DNA of 43,908 nt, from positions 1-43,908 of the forward strand of contig CAYRBY010000009.1 in NCBI GenBank assembly GCA_964422635.1. Direction: 5' to 3'. This DNA is from an uncultured bacterium (GTDB lineage: Bacteria; Omnitrophota; Omnitrophia; Omnitrophales; Aquincolibacteriaceae). Positions 19,173 through 28,006 of the stretch are shown one piece after another (the stretch's first letter is position 1; every line of letters starts with the position of its first letter). A program made the position numbers and the translations under genes. The notes below the pieces were generated by a model. That model was not told the DNA's origin. It did no database searches and saw nothing but the letters and a program-made list of their open reading frames with translations.

Positions 19173-20423
19173 TCAAAAGTAGGTGTAAAACCACTTTTTG
19201 GCAGAGGTCAGTGTTTTCTTGAATACTCCCCGGGGCGCTAAAAGATTTTCATAGTCCTTAGCATGGCCGGCCAGCCAGCGATACATACCGAGCGCTCCGA
19301 TAAGAGAGGGATCCACAAGAACTTCCTGAGGGGCTTCCATTTTGCGGCTAAGGCCCATGCGGGCTTCACGTCCAAACCGCTGCTGAAGAAACTCAAGAAA
19401 GCCGGCGAATGATACGCCTCCTCCCGTAAAAACATAATGAGGATAGTTAATCTTTTCATCTTTTGCCATAGCATCCACTTCATTAAGAATGCTTTTCAGC
19501 CACTCCGTAGCGTGCACAAGAAACTTATCCTGGAATTCCTGTCGCTTGATTTGAAAACTGGAGCGTCCGTTCCGATTAACGAGCGGAATTAATTCATCGC
19601 CAAATTGGGATCCTGTTTCAAGCGTAGCGAAGTGTTCCTTCGCCTTTTGGGCATCGTGGAAATCGATTTCCCAATCACGGGAAATCCCCTGGGTCAAAAG
19701 CTTCCCGCCCTGTTCAAGGCTGCGAGTCTGAGCAAGCTTTCCATTTTTCCAGACAACCACTTGGGTAATATGGTCAGCGATATCGACGAGAATAACGCCT
19801 TCTTCCTTTTCTTCCTCTGTCAAAACGGCTTCTGAAACCGTCAGCATCCTGGGCCAAAACCCTCTGACCGTAATATCTGCGGATTCAAAGGCCTTGGAAA
19901 TGTTTTTAAAGTCCTGGAAATCCATCGTGAAAATCTTGAGGTTAACGCCAAGCCTTGTGGCTTCAAGGCCTAAGGGATTACGGACATCCTCCATGTCGTT
20001 AACCAAGAAACTTTCCGGGACTACTTGTAGGACAAATTGAGAAAGCGGCAACGTCGCGACACTCCGAGTTTGGTCGATCACGGATCGGACCTCGTGCTCG
20101 GTCACAGTCTGTTGAGAAGAAAAATATTGGGCGCTAGAAAAGCTGTAAGCCTGCAATTTAGAATTTGCCAAAACCACGGAGGCTTCAACCTCTTGGTTAC
20201 CCCTATTGGGAAGCATTTCAGAAATGAGGCGATCCAGCGTGTTGGCGGCCGCCTCAAGATTCACAACGAATCCATTTTCAAACCCTTCAGGCTGAAAAAC
20301 TTCTCGATGGGCAAGGACTCTAGGATCCCTGCCTTGCACAACGCCTGTAAAGACCGAAAGCTTGTGCGTTCCCACATAAAAAACAATTTCTACATTCGAA
20401 GGAGATTTTTCAGGAGTGGTCAT
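19173..20423 (-). CDS. ftsA: cell-division protein FtsA (divergent)
   Basis: 416 aa, placed directly after ftsQ with an ATGA overlap. It shows actin-fold collinearity, including FTGGGVSFAGF, and a C-terminal amphipathic tail FKKTLTSAKKWFYTYF. The phosphate-1 and phosphate-2 motifs are atypical (see findings). Confidence 0.8.
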   Translation of the reverse strand: MTTPEKSPSNVEIVFYVGTHKLSVFTGVVQGRDPRVLAHREVFQPEGFENGFVVNLEAAANTLDRLISEMLPNRGNQEVEASVVLANSKLQAYSFSSAQYFSSQQTVTEHEVRSVIDQTRSVATLPLSQFVLQVVPESFLVNDMEDVRNPLGLEATRLGVNLKIFTMDFQDFKNISKAFESADITVRGFWPRMLTVSEAVLTEEEKEEGVILVDIADHITQVVVWKNGKLAQTRSLEQGGKLLTQGISRDWEIDFHDAQKAKEHFATLETGSQFGDELIPLVNRNGRSSFQIKRQEFQDKFLVHATEWLKSILNEVDAMAKDEKINYPHYVFTGGGVSFAGFLEFLQQRFGREARMGLSRKMEAPQEVLVDPSLIGALGMYRWLAGHAKDYENLLAPRGVFKKTLTSAKKWFYTYF

Positions 20424-21238
20424 GATTTTTTTCTCTTCACAATAACGTTATCAAATTGAAGGTCAATATACTGAATAGTTTCCCGGTCCCCTCCTTCAAG
20501 GAGGTAGATGATTTTTTCGAGAGTCGGGATACGGCTCGAAGCTCGGCGCCCCAGCCGGATATCGGGTCCCGCACCAAGCGTTATTGAAAGCTGGCCTAAG
20601 TGATCAAGGCTGACTCGCGTTAATACTTCCCTCTTTGATAAGGGGTGCTCCCAAAAGGCCTGCAAAAATTTAATAGTTTCCGAAAAGCCGCGGTTACGGA
20701 TTTGATACCCAACCTGCGGGTCTTTTAGGCCCATCCCAAAAGCTTCAATGGTTACCAGGGAATGATCGCTGTTTTTGAAGGTGTTGAGAATCATTCCGTC
20801 TTCCGAAATGGATCCCACAGCACCATTCGGAGAAAATTGTACAAAAGCCGCAGGCTTTCGGGAAACTATTTCCACTCGGAGAGTTGAAGGCATTTGACGA
20901 TCAACCCTTGCGCTTTGAACCTCAGGGTTGGATTCTAAATCGGAAGCGATTTTTTTCAAGTCGATTTGCAGGATATTTTTGCCAAGAAGTTTTGTCTCCA
21001 GATCCTGCCGTCGCCCATTAGCCATAGCCGGAGCCGGTGAAACCACAATGTCTTTTACTGTGAGCTGCGGATCGGCATAAAGGAAGTGCCGGACACCGAA
21101 AAAAAGGCTCAAAAAAACAGCTGCGACAAGCAGCGACGGCAGCGCCTTTAAACTCAAAGAAAACAAACCTGCAACGACGTTAAAAAAAGGTTCGAACAGA
21201 TTCTTCTTTTTGCGCTTCGCTTTTTTCGCTTTAGCCAT
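20420..21238 (-). CDS. ftsQ: cell-division protein FtsQ (POTRA domain)
   Basis: 272 aa. It has a basic N-terminus, one TM helix and a POTRA-like LTVKDIVVS...LLGKNILQIDLKKIASDLESNPEVQSARVDRQMPSTLRVEI, in dcw context. Confidence 0.8.
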   Translation of the reverse strand: MAKAKKAKRKKKNLFEPFFNVVAGLFSLSLKALPSLLVAAVFLSLFFGVRHFLYADPQLTVKDIVVSPAPAMANGRRQDLETKLLGKNILQIDLKKIASDLESNPEVQSARVDRQMPSTLRVEIVSRKPAAFVQFSPNGAVGSISEDGMILNTFKNSDHSLVTIEAFGMGLKDPQVGYQIRNRGFSETIKFLQAFWEHPLSKREVLTRVSLDHLGQLSITLGAGPDIRLGRRASSRIPTLEKIIYLLEGGDRETIQYIDLQFDNVIVKRKKS

Positions 21239-22226
21239 GAATTAAGACCTTCCTCTCGTGAGTTTTTTTCAGCTTCTTACGACTCCTCTTAAGGGCGGAT
21301 GAAAGAAGCTGTAAACACAGCTGTTGAAATGAAATTCCAGCGCAAGCAGCGGCCTTAGGGACAAGGCTTAGTTCAGTAAACCCAGGAATCGCATTTGCCT
21401 CCAAGACGTAGGGGCTGCCTTTTTCATCAACCATTATGTCTGTACGGGAAAAATCGCGAAGTTTAAGTGCGTGATGGACGGCTATGGCAAGACGCTGAAG
21501 TTTGCGTGTCAAAGACGGCGTAATGGGTGCAGGGACCAGATATTCACACATCCCTTTTGTGTATTTTGAATGATAATCATAGAAGTCAGCCTTTGGCCTT
21601 AACTCGACAACAGGCAATGCCTTTTTCCCAAACACACCCACAGTGAACTCCCGGCCCCGGATACGGCGCTCGACTAAAAGTTTTCCGTAGCGGCGAAGAG
21701 CCTCTTCGATTTTTTTCTTCGAGGAAACAAAATCTTCCACTAAAAAAATACCAAGGCTTGATCCATCCTCAGGAGGTTTTACAAAAAAAGGCGCTGGAAA
21801 ATTTTTGAGGCTTTTTTTCCAGTTAGCTGCATTGATCAGTCTTGAATCCGGAGTGGGAATGTTTTTTTTACGAAAGGCTTTCTTAGCGCGGTATTTATTG
21901 ATTGAAAGCCTGCAGCCCTCCGGATCCGATCCTGTGTAGGGGATTCCCTTTTTTTCGAGGACTTTTTGAATGGTTCCGTCTTCCCCGCCGGTGCCATGCA
22001 GAGCGACAAAGGCGGCATCTATCACAGCAAGTCCCTTTCGGAGGGATATTTGATCAGCCGGGTCAAGTAGTGTTGTTTTAAAACCAGCGCTGCGCAGCGC
22101 TGCTTCCACGGCTTTACCCGAACGCAAAGAGACTTCTCTCTCGGGAGAGGTACCCCCGAGAAGAACGCCAACTTTAAGGTTTTGGGACAATGCGTACTTC
22201 GGGTTCGAGCCAGATGCCTTTGACAT
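21231..22226 (-). CDS. ddl: D-alanine--D-alanine ligase
   Basis: 331 aa. VGVLLGGTSPEREVSLRSG, ALHGTGGEDGTIQ and the ATP-grasp C-terminus EANAIPGFT are present. Confidence 0.9.
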   Translation of the reverse strand: MSKASGSNPKYALSQNLKVGVLLGGTSPEREVSLRSGKAVEAALRSAGFKTTLLDPADQISLRKGLAVIDAAFVALHGTGGEDGTIQKVLEKKGIPYTGSDPEGCRLSINKYRAKKAFRKKNIPTPDSRLINAANWKKSLKNFPAPFFVKPPEDGSSLGIFLVEDFVSSKKKIEEALRRYGKLLVERRIRGREFTVGVFGKKALPVVELRPKADFYDYHSKYTKGMCEYLVPAPITPSLTRKLQRLAIAVHHALKLRDFSRTDIMVDEKGSPYVLEANAIPGFTELSLVPKAAACAGISFQQLCLQLLSSALKRSRKKLKKTHERKVLIHG

Positions 22227-23088
22227 TAAAAACCTTGTCCTGTATGAGCTGAATCAGCTCCACCATTTCGGAGCATTTTCCCTGCCCCATGTTAATGAAA
22301 TAATTGGCATGCTTGGGTGAAACCATCATGCCCCCAATCCTTGTCCCCTTTAAGCCAAGCTCGTCGATGAGTTTTGCTGCAGGCGGAAGCGGAGCTGGTG
22401 GATTTTTAAATACCGATCCTGAACTCGGGTGTTTCAAATCCTGTTTATCGTTACGATACTTAAAACAGGCCCGGATCTCCTTTTCAATCAATTCGGAGCT
22501 TCTTCTCCAAAGCCGGAATTTAGCTTCCACAATGATTCGGCCGGAAAGATTCGACTTCCGGTAACCAAACTCAAGCTGATCCTTACCGAGCACTTCCTTG
22601 GAACCATCAGGGTTCATCAGCGTAACTTCCTGAACAATATCCCCGATTTCGCTCCGCTGCCCCGGGAAACGGCTGAATCCGGCATTCATCGCAAGTGCAC
22701 CACCGACAGTACCCGGAATGTTGGCGAGAAATTCAGAGCCGCCTATTCCATGGTCCCGGCAGGCTAAAACAAACTTATAAAGGAACACGCCTGCCGAAGC
22801 TCGGACTTCAGGCTTACCCGGATCAAATTCGATTTTGTTTTTCTCGAATTGAAGAAGAGTAATGACAATTCCCGGATATCCCTCGTCTGGGAAAATAACA
22901 TTCGATCCTTTCCCAAGAATCACGTAGGGAATCGATTCACGGTGGGCGTATTGAAGGATCTGAGAAAGTTCTTCTTCGTTAGCAGGTTCCGCGAAAGATT
23001 CGGCGAGGCCGCCGATCTGCATCGTGGTGTACTGTGAAAGAAGGACGTTAGGCCGTAGCGAGATCTTTGAGTCGGCTCGCAAACTCAT
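22174..23088 (-). CDS. murB: UDP-N-acetylenolpyruvoylglucosamine reductase
   Basis: ORF 22174..23154. The probable start is ATG 23088 (MSLRADSKISLRPNVLLSQYTTMQIGG), by comparison with type II MurB N-termini. This still overlaps the murC 3' end by 41 nt. FAD-binding GKGSNV and GGMMVSPKHANYF are present. Confidence 0.9.
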   Translation of the reverse strand: MSLRADSKISLRPNVLLSQYTTMQIGGLAESFAEPANEEELSQILQYAHRESIPYVILGKGSNVIFPDEGYPGIVITLLQFEKNKIEFDPGKPEVRASAGVFLYKFVLACRDHGIGGSEFLANIPGTVGGALAMNAGFSRFPGQRSEIGDIVQEVTLMNPDGSKEVLGKDQLEFGYRKSNLSGRIIVEAKFRLWRRSSELIEKEIRACFKYRNDKQDLKHPSSGSVFKNPPAPLPPAAKLIDELGLKGTRIGGMMVSPKHANYFINMGQGKCSEMVELIQLIQDKVFNVKGIWLEPEVRIVPKP

Positions 23089-24448
23089 CCGCAACCCCCC
23101 CGATATTTCCGGCTCCGACAAATGCGATGACTCCGCCCAACTCGCGCATACCATAGAGCTTATTTATAATTTTATCGCGTTCTATCACGCTCACATCTCC
23201 ATGCCCCAGCTTAATTAACTCGTCATAAATCATCCGGCTGTCAACATTGCCCGGGTTTTTCTCTCCTGCGGGATAGATGTCCGTCAAAATAACCTGATCA
23301 GCCTCAGAAAGCGCTGCGGCGAATTCTTTGAAAAAATAAGCCGTCCGGGTATACCGGTGCGGCTGAAAAATCATCACCACCCTTTTCCCCATGGACTGTA
23401 GCGCTCTAAGAGACGCCAGCACCTCAGTGGGGTGGTGCGCATAATCATCAACGACAACACAGTTTCCACAGTCCGCCTTAAGTTCAAGCCTACGGCGCGC
23501 CCCGCGGAACCCATATAAAGCGCGGCAGACATCGTAAACATCAAGCCCCATCTGAGTGAGCACAGCGATACAGGCCAGTGCGTTGGCGATGTTGTGTTTA
23601 CCTGGGACTGACAGCTTCACGCGAGTCACAAAAAAACCAACCTCTGAAAGGTCAAACTCAGAACCAAAAGGAGTCATCAAAATATGATCCGCAGAATAAT
23701 CATACTCGGGGGAGAATCCAAAGCTAACGCGAGGCTTAGCCGTTGTTTGTATGACTTCTCTGGACATTGCGTCATCACCTGAATAAACCACAAGGCCCGG
23801 GTCTCCAAGGCCCGCTAAAAAACGTTCAAATGAATCCTTCAAATCTTCGTTTGTGTGATAATTTTCAATATGATCCTGCTCCAAATTTGTGATGACCGCG
23901 TAGTTCAGAGCGTAGAGTTCATGGGTCTTGTCGCTCTCATCGACCTCGGCCACCCAAAGGTCATTGTTTCCAAGAACCGCATTGCTCTCAAAGTTAAGAA
24001 GATCTCCGCCAATAAGACAGGTGGGATTTTTCCGAAGCTCGCACAAAACGAAAGAAATCATAGATGAAGTAGTTGTCTTCCCATGTGTCCCGGTCACACC
24101 AATGGCAGTATTTGCCTGGTTCAGCAAGGATGAAAGTATCTGAGCACGATGATAGATCTTTACACCGTAACGGCGCGCTGTTTCCAGCTCAGGATGATGC
24201 GGCGCAATGGCTGAGGAGTAAATCAAAAGATCAGAATCAGCGACCACCGCGGGCGAGAGCTCTGTAAAAACACGAATACCGGCTTTTCTCAAGGCTTGTG
24301 TCTGACGGCTCTCAGCGGCATCTGAACCGCAAACCTCATACCCCTGATGCTTCAGAACCTGAGCCAGACCGCTCATACCAACTCCGCCAATACCGACGAA
24401 ATAGATCTTCCGAGCGTTTCCAATCAAATCCTGATCTTTGGGGTTCAC
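23048..24448 (-). CDS. murC: UDP-N-acetylmuramate--L-alanine ligase
   Basis: 466 aa with a GTG start in a GTGA overlap with the murG stop. FVGIGGVGMSGLA and GTHGKTTTSSM Mur-ligase motifs are present. Confidence 0.95.
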   Translation of the reverse strand: MNPKDQDLIGNARKIYFVGIGGVGMSGLAQVLKHQGYEVCGSDAAESRQTQALRKAGIRVFTELSPAVVADSDLLIYSSAIAPHHPELETARRYGVKIYHRAQILSSLLNQANTAIGVTGTHGKTTTSSMISFVLCELRKNPTCLIGGDLLNFESNAVLGNNDLWVAEVDESDKTHELYALNYAVITNLEQDHIENYHTNEDLKDSFERFLAGLGDPGLVVYSGDDAMSREVIQTTAKPRVSFGFSPEYDYSADHILMTPFGSEFDLSEVGFFVTRVKLSVPGKHNIANALACIAVLTQMGLDVYDVCRALYGFRGARRRLELKADCGNCVVVDDYAHHPTEVLASLRALQSMGKRVVMIFQPHRYTRTAYFFKEFAAALSEADQVILTDIYPAGEKNPGNVDSRMIYDELIKLGHGDVSVIERDKIINKLYGMRELGGVIAFVGAGNIGGVADEFASRLKDLATA

Positions 24449-25575
24449 GTTGTTTGTCCTTTCAAATAGGAGAGGGCCAGCTCTACAAGTCTTTCGGGCG
24501 CATCCGGAGTCGCGGCATCTTGCATCGCCGAAGCCATCCGGGTTCTCAAAGCTTCATCGCTTTTCAAATTTCGGATCAGCTTCAGCAGCCGTTCATCCGT
24601 CAGTGAGCTTTCAGGCTCGCAAAGGACCGCCTGCTTGTTCACAAAAGGGGTCGCATTTTCAAACTGGTGCCCTCCCGCATGAGGATAAGGAATCACTATG
24701 GCCGGAAGCCGGAAAAGAGCCAGTTCAAAAAGTGTGTTGGCACCCGCCCGGCAAACCGCGAGATCCGACTCCGCGTAAAGGGCTTCCATGTTCTCAAAGA
24801 AAGGAAAAACTCGGGCTTGAAGGCCCATTCTCCGGTACTCCGAAGCAACGGATTCAAAGTCTGTTTTTCCCGTTATATGAGTAACGGCGATTTCCCTTTT
24901 TTCTTCAGGTGAAAGATGCGAAAAAGCCTGTAAAACCGTACAGTTCAGGAATCCTGCCCCCTGCGACCCGCCTACTACAAGCAAACGAAATTTTTTTATT
25001 CCATCCGGCCCCGCAAAGCTGCTTTTTTCTAGCCGCAATGCAGTGCTCACTAATTTTTTCCGGATCGGTAGCCCAGTTTTATAGATCCGCCTTGCAGCAT
25101 AGCCTGAAAAACTACCCTCAAAACTCTCCGCCACGGCCTCCACATGCCTGGCGAGCCATACATTGGCTTTCCCCGGAACCTGATTCTGTTCATGAATCAG
25201 GGTAGGAATTTTTCTCCATGCGCTGAGCAAAACACCAGGGAAAGACACATAGCTTCCAAAACCAATGCTCATATCAGGTTGCGTTCGGGAAACCACACGG
25301 AAAGATTCGATGAAGGCACGCGCCAATTTTAACAAAAAGGTCACGGTGCGCAAGGAAATTCCAGGCGAAGATGGAAAGTTTTCGATAAAAACCACTTCTT
25401 CAAAAAGGCCTTCGGGAAAACGCTCGGTCAGGGGCTTGCCTTTATGGCTTGTGATGAAAAAAATCCGGGCAGATGGGAGTTTTTTTTTCAGACTTTCAGA
25501 AAAAGCTAAGGCAGGGAAGAGATGCCCGCCTGAGGGACCTGCAAATACTGCAAAAGTCGGCGTTTGTTTTGACAT
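24445..25575 (-). CDS. murG: undecaprenyldiphospho-muramoylpentapeptide beta-N-acetylglucosaminyltransferase
   Basis: ORF 24445..25641. The probable start is ATG 25575 (MSKQTPTFAVFAGPSGGHLFPALA), 13 nt after the ftsW stop. G-loop motifs of MurG are present. Confidence 0.9.
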   Translation of the reverse strand: MSKQTPTFAVFAGPSGGHLFPALAFSESLKKKLPSARIFFITSHKGKPLTERFPEGLFEEVVFIENFPSSPGISLRTVTFLLKLARAFIESFRVVSRTQPDMSIGFGSYVSFPGVLLSAWRKIPTLIHEQNQVPGKANVWLARHVEAVAESFEGSFSGYAARRIYKTGLPIRKKLVSTALRLEKSSFAGPDGIKKFRLLVVGGSQGAGFLNCTVLQAFSHLSPEEKREIAVTHITGKTDFESVASEYRRMGLQARVFPFFENMEALYAESDLAVCRAGANTLFELALFRLPAIVIPYPHAGGHQFENATPFVNKQAVLCEPESSLTDERLLKLIRNLKSDEALRTRMASAMQDAATPDAPERLVELALSYLKGQTT

Positions 25576-25588
25576 GATAGAAAAAGGA

Positions 25589-26692
25589 TTAAACTGAACG
25601 GCGCTGATGAATGGAGCGGTCAAGGCTAAGAATGAACCCAACTGCCATCAAATTAAAAACAATCGAGGTTCCCCCATAACTAACAAAGGGCATAGCTAAC
25701 CCCTTCGTAGGAATAAGCCCGGTTGCTACGAGCATGTTGATCAACGCTTGCAAAACAATAAGCAACACAAGGGATATAACCAACAGCTTTTCATAATCGT
25801 TTCGAGCTTTCTCTGCAAGCCTTATCCCGCAAACCAAGATGACCGCATAGAGAAACATGACGCCCAGCATGCCAATAAGCCCAAGCTCTTCCCCTATGAC
25901 TGAAAAAATAAAGTCGTTATAACTGGACGGCAAATAAAAAAGTTTTTGCGTACTCTGCCCTAATCCCACCCCCTTGATTCCGCCAAGCCCAAATGCCAGA
26001 AAGGACTGAATGATCTGAAATCCGCTGCCTTGAGGGTCATCCCACGGGTTGAGGTAAGCGGTCACTCGGCTGAGGCGGTAGGGCACCCGGGCTACTAGCA
26101 GGTAAAAAACAGGGATCAGTCCCGCCAGAGCAAGGCCTACATACTGCATCCTTATCCCTGCCATAAAAATAAGAATCGATGTTACTAGAAAGATAATAAA
26201 ACAGGATCCTAGGTCCGGCTGGAGCAGCGACAACACACAAACGGTTCCAATTAAAATCATGGGCGGAATGAATACCGGAAGACTGCCCTGCTTGATGACT
26301 TTGATCTTCCGGGTCATGTAATCACTCAGGTAAATGCAGGCCGCTATTTTGGCAAACTCGACAGGCTGAAAGTTTACAGGCCCGAGGCGGACCCAGCGGC
26401 GCGCGCCCCCGGCGGAGCGTCCAATTCCAGGCAGAAAAACCAGCATCATCATAAGAATTGCAAACAAAATTACTTCACGGGAGTGCCTCTTCCAGAAAGG
26501 AACGGGGGTCATCGCCGTGATAATCATAAAAAAAATACCCACGATGACAAAGATCAACTGACGGATCAGAAAGTACATGGAATTACTATAGACCTGTTCG
26601 GCATAGACCGCACTGGCGCTATAGGTCATAACAATGCCTACGGAAACGAGTAGAAAAACAGCAATAAAAAGGATTCTTGAAGGAAGTGACAT
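25589..26692 (-). CDS. ftsW: SEDS-family peptidoglycan polymerase FtsW
   Basis: 367 aa, polytopic. It carries the FtsW/RodA signature LPSSYNDFIFSVIGEELG...PTKGLAMPFVSYGGTS. Its position between murD and murG supports the FtsW call. Confidence 0.85.
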   Translation of the reverse strand: MSLPSRILFIAVFLLVSVGIVMTYSASAVYAEQVYSNSMYFLIRQLIFVIVGIFFMIITAMTPVPFWKRHSREVILFAILMMMLVFLPGIGRSAGGARRWVRLGPVNFQPVEFAKIAACIYLSDYMTRKIKVIKQGSLPVFIPPMILIGTVCVLSLLQPDLGSCFIIFLVTSILIFMAGIRMQYVGLALAGLIPVFYLLVARVPYRLSRVTAYLNPWDDPQGSGFQIIQSFLAFGLGGIKGVGLGQSTQKLFYLPSSYNDFIFSVIGEELGLIGMLGVMFLYAVILVCGIRLAEKARNDYEKLLVISLVLLIVLQALINMLVATGLIPTKGLAMPFVSYGGTSIVFNLMAVGFILSLDRSIHQRRSV

Positions 26693-26701
26693 AACCCTGC
26701 G

Positions 26702-28006
26702 CTAAGATGCGTTAGAAAAAGATTGTGAAGCGTGCCCTGCTGCGGTCGGGGCCTTTCCCGAAGCCTTCGCATGTGTTAATTCCTTAAAGCGAAGCCCCCG
26801 CTCCTGATAATTTTTGAACATATCAAAACTTGAACAGGCCGGAGACAATAAAACCGTATCGCCGGGAGCAGCAAAAGATGAAGCTGCTTCAAAGGCTTCA
26901 CGGAAATCACGCGCTGTCAGCAGCTCGGTTTTGCCACGCCAGGCTTCTTCCAATAGAGGAGCAGCCTCTCCTATCAAATATGCTTTTTTGACTTTTCGGC
27001 CAATCAATTCTCGAATCGTATCATAATCCCGGCTTTTGGCAATTCCGCCGGCAATAAGATGCACCGAGGCGTCTTTAAACTTCTCAAGCGCCCAGGCAAG
27101 CGAAGCTGTTGTCGTGGCCTTCGAGTCATTGACATACTCCACACCTTGCAGGGTGGCAACTTTTTCAAGCCTGTGTTCAATGCCGGAAAACCCCTTTAAA
27201 ACCTCTTCAACTTTCTTAGGGTCAAGCGATAGAAGAGAAGTCACTTTACGAACCACGGCCTCATTAGGATTTACCGAAGGGGTATCGTCAAAATATATTT
27301 TTTTTCCGGGAAACTTAAACTGCGGGAAAAGAGAGTCTTGGTCGCTTCGCCTGATAACTGCAAAATCCTCAGGCTTTTGCTTCACAAACATCCGAAGCTT
27401 AGCCTGCAGATACTCTTCCATATCCTTGTGCCAATCCAGATGATTGGGGGAAATATTCAAAAGCACCCCGACATCCGGCCGAAAGTCACAGCATTGCTGG
27501 AGCTGAAAGGAGCTGAGTTCCAAAACCACAACCGTTTCCTTACCAATTCGGCCCAATTCCCCAATCCAGGGGTTCCCGATGTTTCCGCAGCACACAGTAG
27601 GATATCCGCAAGCTTCGAAGCAGCGAGCTATCAAGGTGGTAACAGTCGTCTTTCCGGAGGACCCTGTAACAGCAATAACTTTGGAGGCTTTGGAAAACCA
27701 GCTAGCGACTTCAATTTCGCTGAAAACAGGTTTCCCTTTTTCCAGAAGAATCCTGTAAACAGGGGTTTTGGGGGCAATCCCCGGAGAAATCAAAATCCAA
27801 TCAGAGACCAGAATTTTTTCGTAGGTATGTCCGCCTGTTTCAACCTCGATACCATCATTGCGAAGCCTGGCAGCAAGTTCTTGAAGCGCTTGAGAAGACC
27901 CAAACTCAGAAACGAACACCTGATACCCGAGAGCCTTCAAAAAAAGGGCTCCCTGATAGCCGCTTTTTCCCAAACCCAAAACTGTAACCTTTTTTCCTGG
28001 ATGCAT
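26702..28006 (-). CDS. murD: UDP-N-acetylmuramoylalanine--D-glutamate ligase
   Basis: ORF 26702..28063 (GTG). The probable start is ATG 28006 (MHPGKKVTVLGLGKSG), forming a TAATG overlap with the mraY stop. The GSSGKTTV motif is present. Confidence 0.9.
   Translation of the reverse strand: MHPGKKVTVLGLGKSGYQGALFLKALGYQVFVSEFGSSQALQELAARLRNDGIEVETGGHTYEKILVSDWILISPGIAPKTPVYRILLEKGKPVFSEIEVASWFSKASKVIAVTGSSGKTTVTTLIARCFEACGYPTVCCGNIGNPWIGELGRIGKETVVVLELSSFQLQQCCDFRPDVGVLLNISPNHLDWHKDMEEYLQAKLRMFVKQKPEDFAVIRRSDQDSLFPQFKFPGKKIYFDDTPSVNPNEAVVRKVTSLLSLDPKKVEEVLKGFSGIEHRLEKVATLQGVEYVNDSKATTTASLAWALEKFKDASVHLIAGGIAKSRDYDTIRELIGRKVKKAYLIGEAAPLLEEAWRGKTELLTARDFREAFEAASSFAAPGDTVLLSPACSSFDMFKNYQERGLRFKELTHAKASGKAPTAAGHASQSFSNAS

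Noticed and set aside
24298-25597. Several 60-150-aa plus-strand ORFs antisense to murG and murC (for example 24438..24884 and 25265..25597).
   Set aside because: They are shadow ORFs of strongly supported genes. Their sequences are Arg/Ser/Pro-rich and lack SDs or motifs.
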